A stretch of DNA of 64,000 nucleotides from positions 3,832 through 67,831 of the forward strand of contig JBBRLS010000018.1 in the NCBI GenBank assembly GCA_038231215.1, given 5' to 3'. The notes under the pieces are model-generated. The model was not told the origin of the DNA and made no database searches. It was given only the letters and a program-made list of their open reading frames with translations. The position numbers and the translations under genes are program-made. Every line of letters starts with the position of its first letter. Positions within the stretch are counted from its first letter, which is position 1. Below are positions 51,738 to 60,900 of the stretch, in pieces. This stretch comes from Burkholderiales bacterium (GTDB lineage: Bacteria > Pseudomonadota > Gammaproteobacteria > Burkholderiales > Burkholderiaceae_C).

Positions 51738-54176
51738 TCACGGGCACGGCACGACCGCCGGACAGAAACCGTTGAAGGTGCGCGGCGTCGTCTCCTTGCA
51801 CGAGGCGACTGCGGTGAATGTGTTGCTCGCCAGGAAGTCCGGCTGCAGATCGGCACGCCAGCCGCGATCGATGCCGAATAGTGCGCTCGAAAGGATCTCG
51901 GTGTTGGTGATGAACTGGCTCTGGGGCGGCCCGAAGATGCGGATCGCCGCGTCGTTGATGGGGACGCCGGGGAAGGGACACGAATTTCCTCCCGAAACCG
52001 ATGCGCCGCCGGCGAACTCGACCCGCACGTTCTGCATCGTGCTGCGCGGATCGACCGCGCCGGCGAAGCCGATGCCGAGCCAGTCGCCGGCCTTCGACGC
52101 GGGCCCCTGGTCGGACGTGAACACGATCTTCTGGTCGACTGCCGCTCCGCCGATCGCGATCAACGCGCCTCGGGCCGGACTGGTGCCGCTTCCCGGGTCG
52201 ACGTTGAACGTTCCGCCGGGCGGGAACTGGACGGTGACACCGGGTTCGATCGTCAGTACGGCGACCTGTCCGGCGACTTGCGAATTGATGTCCATGCGTC
52301 CGCTGTCGGCGCCGCTGCCGACGTGATACGGCACGCCGCGGTTGTGCATCGTCTGGTCGTCGACGACCGGGCCGCCCGAGCCGGCGATGGCGATCGCGTC
52401 GTGGCCGTTGCCGGTGTAGGTGCCGCTCGGCACCGAGCCGATCACCCGGGCATAGACGTGCACCGGATAGCCGGCCGAGCCGTGCACGGTGAGCTGCTGC
52501 GAGCTGGCGTCGAAGCCGACCGGCCCGTTGATGTAGACGCCCTGGCTGAGCGAGCCGCCGATGTCGACGTTGTCGACGTGGAAGCTGCCGATGAGGCTCG
52601 GGCTCTGCATGTGCAGCACCCCAGCGTAAGCGGGGTTGGTGCTGAACGGATCGCCGCCGCCGGTGAGCACCGCGTGGTTCAGCGACAGGTTGCCGCCGAG
52701 GTTGCGGATGGACGCCCAGGCCATGCCGGCGACCTTCGCCTCGAAGGTGACCGGCCGGCCCGCCGATCCGTTGGCAACCAGGCTGCCGGTCGGCGTCACC
52801 GTCACCGTGCCACCCTTGACGATGCGCACCACGGCGCACTCCTGGATCGTCACGGGGGCCGAGACGTTGATGTCGAAGGGGATGATGTGCGGGCTGCCGG
52901 CCTCGGTCCAGGTCTCGGCGGCGTTGATGCTGCCGTGCGTCGTGCCCGCGCCGGCCGGCGCCGCACAGGGCAGCACGCCGCCGACCGGGCCGCAGGTCAG
53001 GTTGAGCGTGGTGACGTCGGCGTTGCCGACGGTGCCGCTGACGAACGAGGTGCCGGCGATCGCGCCGGGGCCGGTGAAGAAGCAGGTCTGGTTGGTCGGC
53101 TGGACGCGCACGCTGATGCTGAAGCTCGTGCCGTTGATGGCGCTGGTGTCGCTGGCCGCGTAGACGAAGCTGTTGTTGGTGATCGCCGCGGTGCCGAGTT
53201 GAACGCCCAGGTTCGGCGCGAAGTAGGTCAGGTCGAGGCCGCTGCCGGTCAGGCCGGTGATCGTTCCGCCGACCGAATAGGCGGGCGGGTAGGGGCAGTC
53301 GACGACGACGTCGGCGATGTCGCTGCTGCCGATCGTGCCCGTGCCGTTCGTGACGGTGCAGGTCTGATCCGGCGTTCGCGGCTGGGCCGCGATCGTCACG
53401 TTGTAGGCGCTGCCCAACGGCAAGGCGGTGGCGAAGGCATAGGTTCCGTCGATGAAGCGCGTCAGGTCGTCGCCGCCGTTGTTCTGCAGCTTGATCCCGT
53501 TTGCCGAGTGCTGCCTAAGGCCGGTGATCGTCAGCGACACGGTGTGCGTGCCGCAGACCACGTTGACGCCATTGACGTCGGCCGCGGCGACCGTGCCGCT
53601 GCCGTTGACGACGACGCAGGTCTGCGCCGGGCCGGTCGGCTGATTGACGATCGAGACGGCGTAGACAGTGCCGGTGACGGCGCTGGTCCGGCTCGGGCCG
53701 AACACGAACGCGCCGTTGGCGTTGACCTGATCGATCGACGGCAGGCTGACGTTGTCGGCGTTGTATTGCAGCGTCAGGCCCGTGCCGGTGAGCCCGGTGA
53801 CCGTGCCGCCGACCGCGTAAGCGGTGGCGTAGGGGCAGTCGATCGCGACGTTGGTGACGTCGGCGCCGGCGATCGAGCCGCTGCCATTGGTGACCGTGCA
53901 GGTCTGGTCGGGAGCGGTCGGTTGCGACGAGACCGTCACGGCGTAGGCGGCGCCGGCGGCGAGCGCGGTCTTGAAGGCGAACGCACCGTCGCCGAACACC
54001 CTGAGGTCGTCGCCGCCGTTGTTGCGCAGGGTCGCCCCGTTGTACGACGTACGCAGGCCCGTCACGGTGACGGACACGGTGTGCGTCGAGGTGTCGGGCG
54101 TGGTGCCGCCGCCGCCGCAGGCCGAGACCAATACGAGGAGCGCCAGGGCACCGACGCAGCGAAGAACTGAAACCAT
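51738..54176 (-). CDS. Large lipoprotein with four Cys-pair beta-sandwich repeats and a C-terminal beta-helix-like domain
   Basis: Lipobox LVSAC. Four repeats of about 85-100 aa (..GTVTGL..QP..QTC..NGSG..V.C). C-terminal WTEAGSPH...TFEAK and VTVQF...IVFTS segments. Confidence 0.85.
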   Translation of the reverse strand: MVSVLRCVGALALLVLVSACGGGGTTPDTSTHTVSVTVTGLRTSYNGATLRNNGGDDLRVFGDGAFAFKTALAAGAAYAVTVSSQPTAPDQTCTVTNGSGSIAGADVTNVAIDCPYATAYAVGGTVTGLTGTGLTLQYNADNVSLPSIDQVNANGAFVFGPSRTSAVTGTVYAVSIVNQPTGPAQTCVVVNGSGTVAAADVNGVNVVCGTHTVSLTITGLRQHSANGIKLQNNGGDDLTRFIDGTYAFATALPLGSAYNVTIAAQPRTPDQTCTVTNGTGTIGSSDIADVVVDCPYPPAYSVGGTITGLTGSGLDLTYFAPNLGVQLGTAAITNNSFVYAASDTSAINGTSFSISVRVQPTNQTCFFTGPGAIAGTSFVSGTVGNADVTTLNLTCGPVGGVLPCAAPAGAGTTHGSINAAETWTEAGSPHIIPFDINVSAPVTIQECAVVRIVKGGTVTVTPTGSLVANGSAGRPVTFEAKVAGMAWASIRNLGGNLSLNHAVLTGGGDPFSTNPAYAGVLHMQSPSLIGSFHVDNVDIGGSLSQGVYINGPVGFDASSQQLTVHGSAGYPVHVYARVIGSVPSGTYTGNGHDAIAIAGSGGPVVDDQTMHNRGVPYHVGSGADSGRMDINSQVAGQVAVLTIEPGVTVQFPPGGTFNVDPGSGTSPARGALIAIGGAAVDQKIVFTSDQGPASKAGDWLGIGFAGAVDPRSTMQNVRVEFAGGASVSGGNSCPFPGVPINDAAIRIFGPPQSQFITNTEILSSALFGIDRGWRADLQPDFLASNTFTAVASCKETTPRTFNGFCPAVVPCP

Positions 54177-54226
54177 GACCGACTCCCCTCGGGAACGTCC
54201 CCGAAGGAAGAGGTTGTAGGCAACGC

Positions 54227-54246
54227 GCCGTTATGAAAGCGTTAGG
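54227..54246 (-). promoter_or_regulatory. 11-bp-period direct repeat box upstream of the 812-aa lipoprotein
   Basis: Coding strand CCTAACGCTTT CATAACGGC; TACAAC lies 8 nt downstream. Confidence 0.5.
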
Positions 54247-54355
54247 TCGGACGGCGCGGCGCGAGCGAGGCGGTCGGGTTCGGCCTCGGCTCGGGGTCGA
54301 AGCCGGACAGCGTTCGCGACGTGGGCGCGGCGACGCCTGGCAGTCGATAGGCGAC

Positions 54356-54595
54356 CTACATCTCCCGGGTGCTGGGCAGAAAGCCGGTGTCGCGCTCGAC
54401 TGACGCCTTGCTTGCCAGCCGAGCGGCATCGGTCTGATCATCGACGCCGGTGCCCGCCTCGGCGAAGTGGCGAGCGAGATCCGCCGCCGTGTGAAAGAGA
54501 TGCGGCTCTTCCTCGTCGAGACGACGCGCGGTGGCGCGAAAAGTCCCGTGCTCATGCCACAAGCGAACGAGGTACACAGTGGCATCGTTGTTCAT
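54356..54595 (-). CDS. Small hypothetical protein (79 aa, YLVRLW motif)
   Basis: AGGAGA RBS. MNNDATVYLVRLWHEHGTFRATARRLDEEEPHLFHTAADLARHF. Confidence 0.75.
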   Translation of the reverse strand: MNNDATVYLVRLWHEHGTFRATARRLDEEEPHLFHTAADLARHFAEAGTGVDDQTDAARLASKASVERDTGFLPSTREM

Positions 54596-54692
54596 GCTTC
54601 TCCTGATGCAGAGATGGTGCGCATCGTGGATCTCTTCGAGTCAAGGACGCTGTCGGGGCAATGCAGCCCTGATGACATCACTCTGAGTGGAG

Positions 54693-54712
54693 GGCGTTTC
54701 CTTGGCGTTTCC
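54693..54712 (-). promoter_or_regulatory. 11-bp-period direct repeat box upstream of the 79-aa gene
   Basis: Coding strand GGAAACGCCAA GGAAACGCC; CAGAGT lies 7 nt downstream. Confidence 0.6.
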
Positions 54713-54763
54713 CGACACCGCGGCGGATCGTCCGATCGCGCTGTCGCGAACCAGGCCCGACCT

Positions 54764-57700
54764 CTAGCGCGACGTTGCCGGATCGTTCAGAGCGAGCAGG
54801 AACTCGTCGATCGTGCAGGCATCGACCGCTCCGGCGTGCGGTGTGCCGCTCGTCAGGCGTTCGGCGCGTTCCGCTGCATCACGGCGGGTCGGCACGTCGA
54901 GGCCGGGATCCTGCGCGACCATGCGCAACAAGCGCGCGGCAGCGAGTGGCTCGTTGCGGGCGACGAGCCACTCGGCATAGGCCGAAGCCCCGTACAGCAC
55001 GTCTTGCGGGGAGCGACGTTCGGCCGCGGCTCGCACGACGTCGCGCAATCGAGCCAGTGCGGCTTCGTGCTCGCCCTCGGCGATGTCGATGCGCGCCAGG
55101 CCGATGGAAGAGGATGACTCCATCGGCCACGCGCCCGACTCCCGACTCCATGCTTGGCTCGACGAGAAATGCTCACGTGCCTGTGCCAGCAGGCCGAGGT
55201 TGCGGCAGACCCGGCCCATGTTCAGCTCGATGTAGCGTCCTATGGAATCGATACCGAAGGCTGCGCAGTGACGCAAGCCGTCTCCCAGGGTCAAGCGCGC
55301 GGCGTCGAATTCCCGACAGGCGTTCTGCAGATTGCCCAGGTTGGTGAGGTTGATCGCGACGTTGTACTGGTCGCCGAGCTCGCGCATGATCTCGAGCGCG
55401 AGCGTCAAGTCCGCCCTCGATTCTTCGAGGCGACCCAGGACCTGCAGCGCGACGCCCCTGTTCCCGAGCGCCCAGCCGACGCTGTGACGATCTTCGCAGG
55501 CCGTGGCGACGCGCAGCCCCTCTTCGAAGCGCTCCAGGGCCAGCGCGTTGTCGCCGAGTGTGTAGTGCGCCATGCCCGTGTTGAGGATGCAGCCGACCCA
55601 GGCTTCGCTGTCGTCGCCTTTCTCCGCAAGGGCAATGCCGGCCTGCGCGACATCCAACGCTTCGCTCAACTCGCCGCTGCGGTGCAGCAGCATCGACAAC
55701 CCATGCCGCGAACGCGAAATCGCCCGGTTCGCAGACGTCGAACCACTCGCAATCGCCAAGGCAGGCCGCAGTTCGCGGATGCCTTCGGGCAGCCGTCCCT
55801 GGTTCTCGAAAAAAGACCAGAGCGCTCGCACCATGTCACCCACCAGGTCAATACGTCCCATGGCGAGGGCGCGCCGCCAGGCGGTGATGTGGTTTGCTAA
55901 CTCGCCGATGACGCCGCGCACGAGCAAGCGCTGGTCGCCGATGGCGTGCGGCGCAAGCTCGGCCAGTTCGCGCGCGAAGTATTCCGTGTGCCGGCGGTGT
56001 ACATCGTGTGCCCGGGAAGGCTCGTCGGCGAGGCGTGCCGCAGCATAGGCGGCGATCGTCGGGTGCAGTGTGAAGCGCCCGTCCGCGCCGCCGCCGACCA
56101 GGCTGCGGTCGACCAACGACGACAGCAGCGGCAGCGCCACCTCGCATGCCGAACGTGCGGCGCGATGCGTGAAGCCGCCTTCGAAGATCGATAGCGCGGC
56201 GAGTGCGCGCCTCTCGGCGTCGGCCAGCAAGCTGAAGCTGCGATCGAGGACGGCGCGCAGGCTCGCGTGTTCAGGTCGGGCAGCGACGACGGTGCTTGTC
56301 GGATCGCGCTCGAGGGCGTCGATCGAGCGACCGAGGTCGCTGGCTATTTCCTCGGGTGGCAGCAGACGTACCCAGGCCGCCGCGAGCTCGATCGCCAGCG
56401 GCAGGCCGTCGACCGCTTCGACGATGTCGATCACGGCGGCGAGGTGGCGACGCAGGTCGAAGCCGCGCAAAGCCGCACGAGCGCGCGTGTCGAAGAGCCG
56501 CACGGCGTCGAAGCTCGGCGCCACGTCGAAGTCGCGGCTGAGCGCGTCGGGTACAGCCAGGCCGTGCAGGCGCATCGGCCATTCGTCGCGACAGCGGGTG
56601 AGCGTGCGCGAGGTGAGAAGGACGCACGCGCCGGGCGCGGCGGCGAGCAGCCGGTCGAGGAAGAGCGGCAGTCCGTCGAGGTGCTCGCCGTTGTCGAGGA
56701 CGAGCAGGTTGCGGGTCGGCGGCAATCGCCGTGATACCTGCTCGAGCGGATCTTCGCCGGCCCGCAACTCCAGGCCGAGTTGCCCGGCGAGCCGCGCGAC
56801 AACAGCGGATACGTCGATCAGGTCCTGAAGGTCGGTCCAGCGTGCGCCGCCGGGAAACGACGCCCCCATCTCGGCGAGCGCCTGGCGCGCCAACCGGCTC
56901 TTGCCGACGCCGCCCGGCCCGACGAGGGTGACGAGGCGACCCTGCGGCTCCGCGAGCATGGCGCGCAACTCGGTCATCTCGGTGCGGCGGCCGATCAGGC
57001 GATCGCTCTCGTCGGGAGCTGTCTCGCGCGCCGCCGCCGGTCCCTGCGGCTCCAGGCATCTGCGCAGGCTGCTCGACGGCTCGATGCCAAGGCTTTCGGC
57101 CAGGCGAACGGCGTAGTCGTTGTAGATGCGCTGTGCGCCGGCGCCACGGCCGCCGGCCAGTTCGTCGCGGATCAGCACCTCGATCGCACTTTCGTCCAGA
57201 GCATCGCTTTCGAGCAGGCGGCGTGCCAGCGCCAGGCGTTGCGGCTGATCGGTCGAGGTGGCGAGGAGCTCGATGCAAGCCTGGCGCCATGAGGACGCCG
57301 CCTGTTCGCGCTGGCGCGCCAGCCACTCCGCCAGCGGCTCGTTGCCGACCGCGTCGATGCCCGTGCACAGCGGTGGACCGCCGATGGCGATCGCCTCGGC
57401 AAGGCGCCTTTCGCTCAGCGCTTCCCGATAAGCCGCGAGGTCGGTATCGACATGCCAGCGCAGTGCCTGTTCGCCTGCTTCCAGAGATTCCGTTCCGGGC
57501 AACTCGCGCGCACGGAAGACGACCTTGCGCAGGTTGCGGCGAGCTTCCATGGCGGGCCGGTCGGGCCAAAGCAGGCTGGCGACGAGATCCCGCTGCACCC
57601 ACTCGCCGCGATGTATCGCCAGCAGCACGAGCAGTTGATAGCGCCGCTCTGCGACGAACGGCACCGGGGCTCCGGCAACGTGCAGTGCGGGCGCTCCGAA

Positions 57701-57766
57701 CAGGAAGAGACGCGGCCTCTCCCGGCCAGGCGATGACGCCAAAGCCACCTCGACGAGATCGTGCAC
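54764..57766 (-). CDS. SARP/BTAD-domain regulator with NB-ARC-like STAND ATPase and TPRs
   Basis: wHTH (LLVLLAI...LLWP...ARRNLRK) and BTAD (LDESA...LGIEPS). Walker A GPGGVGKS, Walker B LLVLDNGEH, GLPLAIELAA, then a TPR tail. Confidence 0.9.
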   Translation of the reverse strand: MHDLVEVALASSPGRERPRLFLFGAPALHVAGAPVPFVAERRYQLLVLLAIHRGEWVQRDLVASLLWPDRPAMEARRNLRKVVFRARELPGTESLEAGEQALRWHVDTDLAAYREALSERRLAEAIAIGGPPLCTGIDAVGNEPLAEWLARQREQAASSWRQACIELLATSTDQPQRLALARRLLESDALDESAIEVLIRDELAGGRGAGAQRIYNDYAVRLAESLGIEPSSSLRRCLEPQGPAAARETAPDESDRLIGRRTEMTELRAMLAEPQGRLVTLVGPGGVGKSRLARQALAEMGASFPGGARWTDLQDLIDVSAVVARLAGQLGLELRAGEDPLEQVSRRLPPTRNLLVLDNGEHLDGLPLFLDRLLAAAPGACVLLTSRTLTRCRDEWPMRLHGLAVPDALSRDFDVAPSFDAVRLFDTRARAALRGFDLRRHLAAVIDIVEAVDGLPLAIELAAAWVRLLPPEEIASDLGRSIDALERDPTSTVVAARPEHASLRAVLDRSFSLLADAERRALAALSIFEGGFTHRAARSACEVALPLLSSLVDRSLVGGGADGRFTLHPTIAAYAAARLADEPSRAHDVHRRHTEYFARELAELAPHAIGDQRLLVRGVIGELANHITAWRRALAMGRIDLVGDMVRALWSFFENQGRLPEGIRELRPALAIASGSTSANRAISRSRHGLSMLLHRSGELSEALDVAQAGIALAEKGDDSEAWVGCILNTGMAHYTLGDNALALERFEEGLRVATACEDRHSVGWALGNRGVALQVLGRLEESRADLTLALEIMRELGDQYNVAINLTNLGNLQNACREFDAARLTLGDGLRHCAAFGIDSIGRYIELNMGRVCRNLGLLAQAREHFSSSQAWSRESGAWPMESSSSIGLARIDIAEGEHEAALARLRDVVRAAAERRSPQDVLYGASAYAEWLVARNEPLAAARLLRMVAQDPGLDVPTRRDAAERAERLTSGTPHAGAVDACTIDEFLLALNDPATSR

Positions 57767-57982
57767 GGGGCTCCCTCCCTTGGCGGCGAATGCTACGCCG
57801 CCGATGCGGTGCGCACCCGGTCATTTCGGAAGCGTGCGTCGCTACGGCGCCGGGTCGAAGTGCAAGGTGAATGCCGTTCCCGTGCCGACCATGCGCCCGC
57901 TGCCGTTGGACACCTGCCACTGCATCTGCAATCGCTCTCCGGCGGCCATACGAGTCGTGGTGCATGCTTGCATGACGCTTGA

Positions 57983-58144
57983 GGCGCCGGTGGCCGCGTG
58001 GTCGAAGGTGCGGGATCGGCGGTGACCTTCGAGTTCGGCGGTCGCAGGATGACGCTTCATCGTCCCCACCCGCGCAAGGAGGCCCTGCGATATCGGGTGC
58101 TGGCGGTTCGGGAGTTCGTCGAACGAATGGGGATCAAACCATGA
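57983..58144 (+). pseudogene. hicA: 5'-truncated HicA toxin remnant
   Basis: Hand translation GAGGRVVEGAGSAVTFEFGGRRMTLHRPHPRKEALRYRVLAVREFVERMGIKP*. The stop overlaps the hicB ATG; an in-frame TGA sits at 57980. Confidence 0.7.
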
Positions 58145-58497
58145 GCAACGCAATGACCTACAAGGGCTACACGGCGTCGATGGTCTTCGATGCCGAAGAC
58201 AAGATCATCGTCGGCCGGGTCCTCGATGTCGACGACATCATCTCGTTTCACGGCGAGACCGTGGCCGAGTTCGAAGCGACGTTCCACGCTTGCGTCGACG
58301 CTTACATCGCTGCGTCCCGTGAACTCGGAACGGCGCCGGAGAAACCGGCCAGCGGCAGGCTCATGCTCCGGATCGCCCCCGAAGTTCATGCCGCCGCGCT
58401 CAAGGCCGCAGCCGCCAGCGGCACCAGCTTGAACAAGTGGGCCGAGAAGACGCTTCGGGTCGCCGCGCGCCGCAGGGGAGCCGTTTCCGCCGCTTGA
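58141..58497 (+). CDS. hicB: HicB family antitoxin
   Basis: MTYKGYTA...IISFHGETVAE...PEKPASGRLMLRIAPEVH. Confidence 0.9.
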   Translation: MSNAMTYKGYTASMVFDAEDKIIVGRVLDVDDIISFHGETVAEFEATFHACVDAYIAASRELGTAPEKPASGRLMLRIAPEVHAAALKAAAASGTSLNKWAEKTLRVAARRRGAVSAA

Positions 58498-58506
58498 GGG
58501 CGGCAC

Positions 58507-58535
58507 GCCTTGCTCGCCAAGCGGGCGAGCAAGGC
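58507..58535. terminator. Strong hairpin between convergent hicB and lipoprotein genes
   Basis: Perfect 12-bp stem GCCTTGCTCGCC-N5-GGCGAGCAAGGC; no clear U tract. Confidence 0.45.
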
Positions 58536-58695
58536 TGCGGCCGGCTGAGCCTTCGGTGTCGCTGACTAGGGCGCAGGCTCGAAGTGCAGGGGTCGCGGAT
58601 GACCTGTGGCGTGAGCCTTGCTCTGGGATAGCCAACCGGGGCGACCTACACCTCATCCGCTCCATGCCTGCCCAGTTCCATCCGGGAATTGCCGG

Positions 58696-60831
58696 TCAGT
58701 ACACCGGCTGTGCGGACAGATCGATATTGGTGCCGTACTGACCCCCGCGTCCGTCATCCTGCCGCCGCTCCCAACGGAAGATCAGGCCATCGCATCTGCC
58801 TTTGCCGGGATTGGCCTTCTCCGTACGGCCGCTGACTGTGTCCGTCCCACCGGCGATCGCTTTGCTTCCCGAAAAAGTGCTTCCAGAAAAAGGAGCGCCG
58901 TTGGACCAAACAATGGGGATAGAAATGCCCCCACCGTTAAATGTAAGCGTCGTTTCGGTGACGAAAGCAGGGTAGTTCGGTACGTAATACGGATTGGGAA
59001 TGGGAAAACCCGAAACGAGCGCCGTCCCCACGAAGGCGCCGACGTGATCACAGGTAATCGGCTCCGGTTTGGCGAAGTCGAGCGTGACGGTGGCGAGCAC
59101 TTCGTCGGTGATGCCGAGCAGGGCAGCGCAGGCACTGCCCGTACGTCGTATGCGCAGCATGTGCGTGCCCTGGTCGTCGGCCGCCAGGCCCGCGGCCGAG
59201 AGCAGCCCGCTCGTCGTCAGCGTGCCGAGCGCGCCGGCGAGCAAGCCCGGGCCGCTGCCGCTGACGCTGGCCACCTCGGCGTTCTCGAAGGTGACCTTGA
59301 GCGTCTCGCCACCCGCGCTGTCGCACTCCAGCGCGGCGACGCTGCCGCTCACCTGCAACGATCCGCCGCTGCGCATCGCCACCGTGGCGCTGCGCACCGG
59401 ATCGGCCGGTGCGTCGGGCAGCGCCGCGAAGCCGAGCGTCGCAGCGGCGACCGCAGCCCCCGTGCTGTCGCTGCTCTGCACGTCGATGCGCGTGCGCACG
59501 AACTGCACGTCCTGCTGCAGCACCGCAGTCGGGCCGAAGGCGTCGAGCAGGTCGGCGTACTGCACCAGCGTCGCACCGGTCTTGGCGGCGGTCCACGCCG
59601 ACTGGCGCGCCGGCATCACGGCCGGGTCGAGCAGCTGAGTCTGCAGTGTGCTCTCGTAGCCGCTCAGGTCGAGCGCGGCCGGGCGCACGCCGGCGGCAGT
59701 CGCCCGCGCGCGGCCCGAGGCGGCCTGCGCCGCGCTGGCCGCAGGGTCGGTGCTCTGCAGGGTGCGCGCCTCGCGCTTGAGCTCGCGCGCGCCGCGCACG
59801 TCGCTGGCCGGCTGCGCGATCTGCGCCGGGGTCGAGGAGCGTCCAAGGCCGGCATTGACGAGGTCGAACTCGCGCTTGACGACATTGCTGGCGGCATCGG
59901 TCGCCGAGCCGGTGCACGGCGTGCCGCCCAGCCGCATGGCGAGCGAGTCCCAGTACATGATGACGCTGACCACCGGCTTGTAGTCGCCCCAGGCGGCGAT
60001 CGACGCCGTTTGCGAGCGCGTGATCGCGGCCGCGCGTTCGCGGCAGGCGGTGTCGTGCGCTTCGCTCAGGAAGGGTTGCGCCAGTGCGATGTAGCCGTCC
60101 TCGCCGCTGCGCATGAGCAGCCCGGCGATTTGCTGCTGGCTGTAGATGGCGGCGATGAACAGGCCACGCGCTTGCAGGTCGGCGATGCTGGCCCGCGCCG
60201 CGGTCACCTGCAGGGTGATCTCGAGCCTTTGCTGGGCCGAGAGCGAGCCGGGCGGATCGGGCAGCGGGTCGTCCTGCGGGCCGGCGCGCTGCGCGTGCTT
60301 GCGGTCTGCGGCAGCCGCCCCGAGCGGCTTGAGGTTCGCACCGCCGAAGGTGACGAGCGTGGCGGTGAGCGTGCGCGCCGACTTGTCGACCACCGTGGGT
60401 GCGTAGGCGCCCGCGCCGCCGATGTCCTGGCGCAGCGACGCCAGCGCGTCGGGCGTGATGCCGGCGGGCAGCTCCATCGTCACCGTCACCGGCCTGGCGA
60501 AGACCAGGCTGCCGGGCTCGAGCTTGAGGCTGACGAAGTCGCCCGCGACGGGCGCCACGGGCGTGACCTTGACGAGCGTGTCGGCACTCAGCGCGCCGGC
60601 GGGGAACGCGAAGTGCACCTTGACGCCGAGCGTGGTCGCATCGAGCGTGCCGCCGGCCGCGCCCACGGTCTGCGTCACCGGGTCGCCGAGCGGGCCGCTC
60701 AGCTTGACCGCCTGGGGCGTGGCCGGAGCCACGTAGTCGCCGCCGCCGCAGGCGGCCAGGGCGAGGGCGGCGAGCAGCGCTGCCGCCCGTGCAATGAACC
60801 GATGCGCCTTGCGGCCCTGAAGATCGCCCAT
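58696..60831 (-). CDS. Large lipoprotein with N-terminal ZU5-like domain
   Basis: Lipobox LAAC and AGGAGG RBS. TVGAAGGTL...FPAGAL...LEPGSLVFARPVTV is a ZU5-like pattern, followed by a helical middle and beta-rich C-terminus. Confidence 0.8.
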   Translation of the reverse strand: MGDLQGRKAHRFIARAAALLAALALAACGGGDYVAPATPQAVKLSGPLGDPVTQTVGAAGGTLDATTLGVKVHFAFPAGALSADTLVKVTPVAPVAGDFVSLKLEPGSLVFARPVTVTMELPAGITPDALASLRQDIGGAGAYAPTVVDKSARTLTATLVTFGGANLKPLGAAAADRKHAQRAGPQDDPLPDPPGSLSAQQRLEITLQVTAARASIADLQARGLFIAAIYSQQQIAGLLMRSGEDGYIALAQPFLSEAHDTACRERAAAITRSQTASIAAWGDYKPVVSVIMYWDSLAMRLGGTPCTGSATDAASNVVKREFDLVNAGLGRSSTPAQIAQPASDVRGARELKREARTLQSTDPAASAAQAASGRARATAAGVRPAALDLSGYESTLQTQLLDPAVMPARQSAWTAAKTGATLVQYADLLDAFGPTAVLQQDVQFVRTRIDVQSSDSTGAAVAAATLGFAALPDAPADPVRSATVAMRSGGSLQVSGSVAALECDSAGGETLKVTFENAEVASVSGSGPGLLAGALGTLTTSGLLSAAGLAADDQGTHMLRIRRTGSACAALLGITDEVLATVTLDFAKPEPITCDHVGAFVGTALVSGFPIPNPYYVPNYPAFVTETTLTFNGGGISIPIVWSNGAPFSGSTFSGSKAIAGGTDTVSGRTEKANPGKGRCDGLIFRWERRQDDGRGGQYGTNIDLSAQPVY

Positions 60832-60900
60832 GATCGATGCCTCCTGTGGCGGGCTGCATCGACACTTCGCGCAGACCCTGGGACCGTACTGTCCTCAGGG

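Noticed and set aside
57842-58153. 103-aa minus-strand ORF as an intact gene
   Set aside because: Its 5' two-thirds is antisense to the hicA remnant. Only the last ~35 codons look protein-like, so it is treated as a possible fragment.
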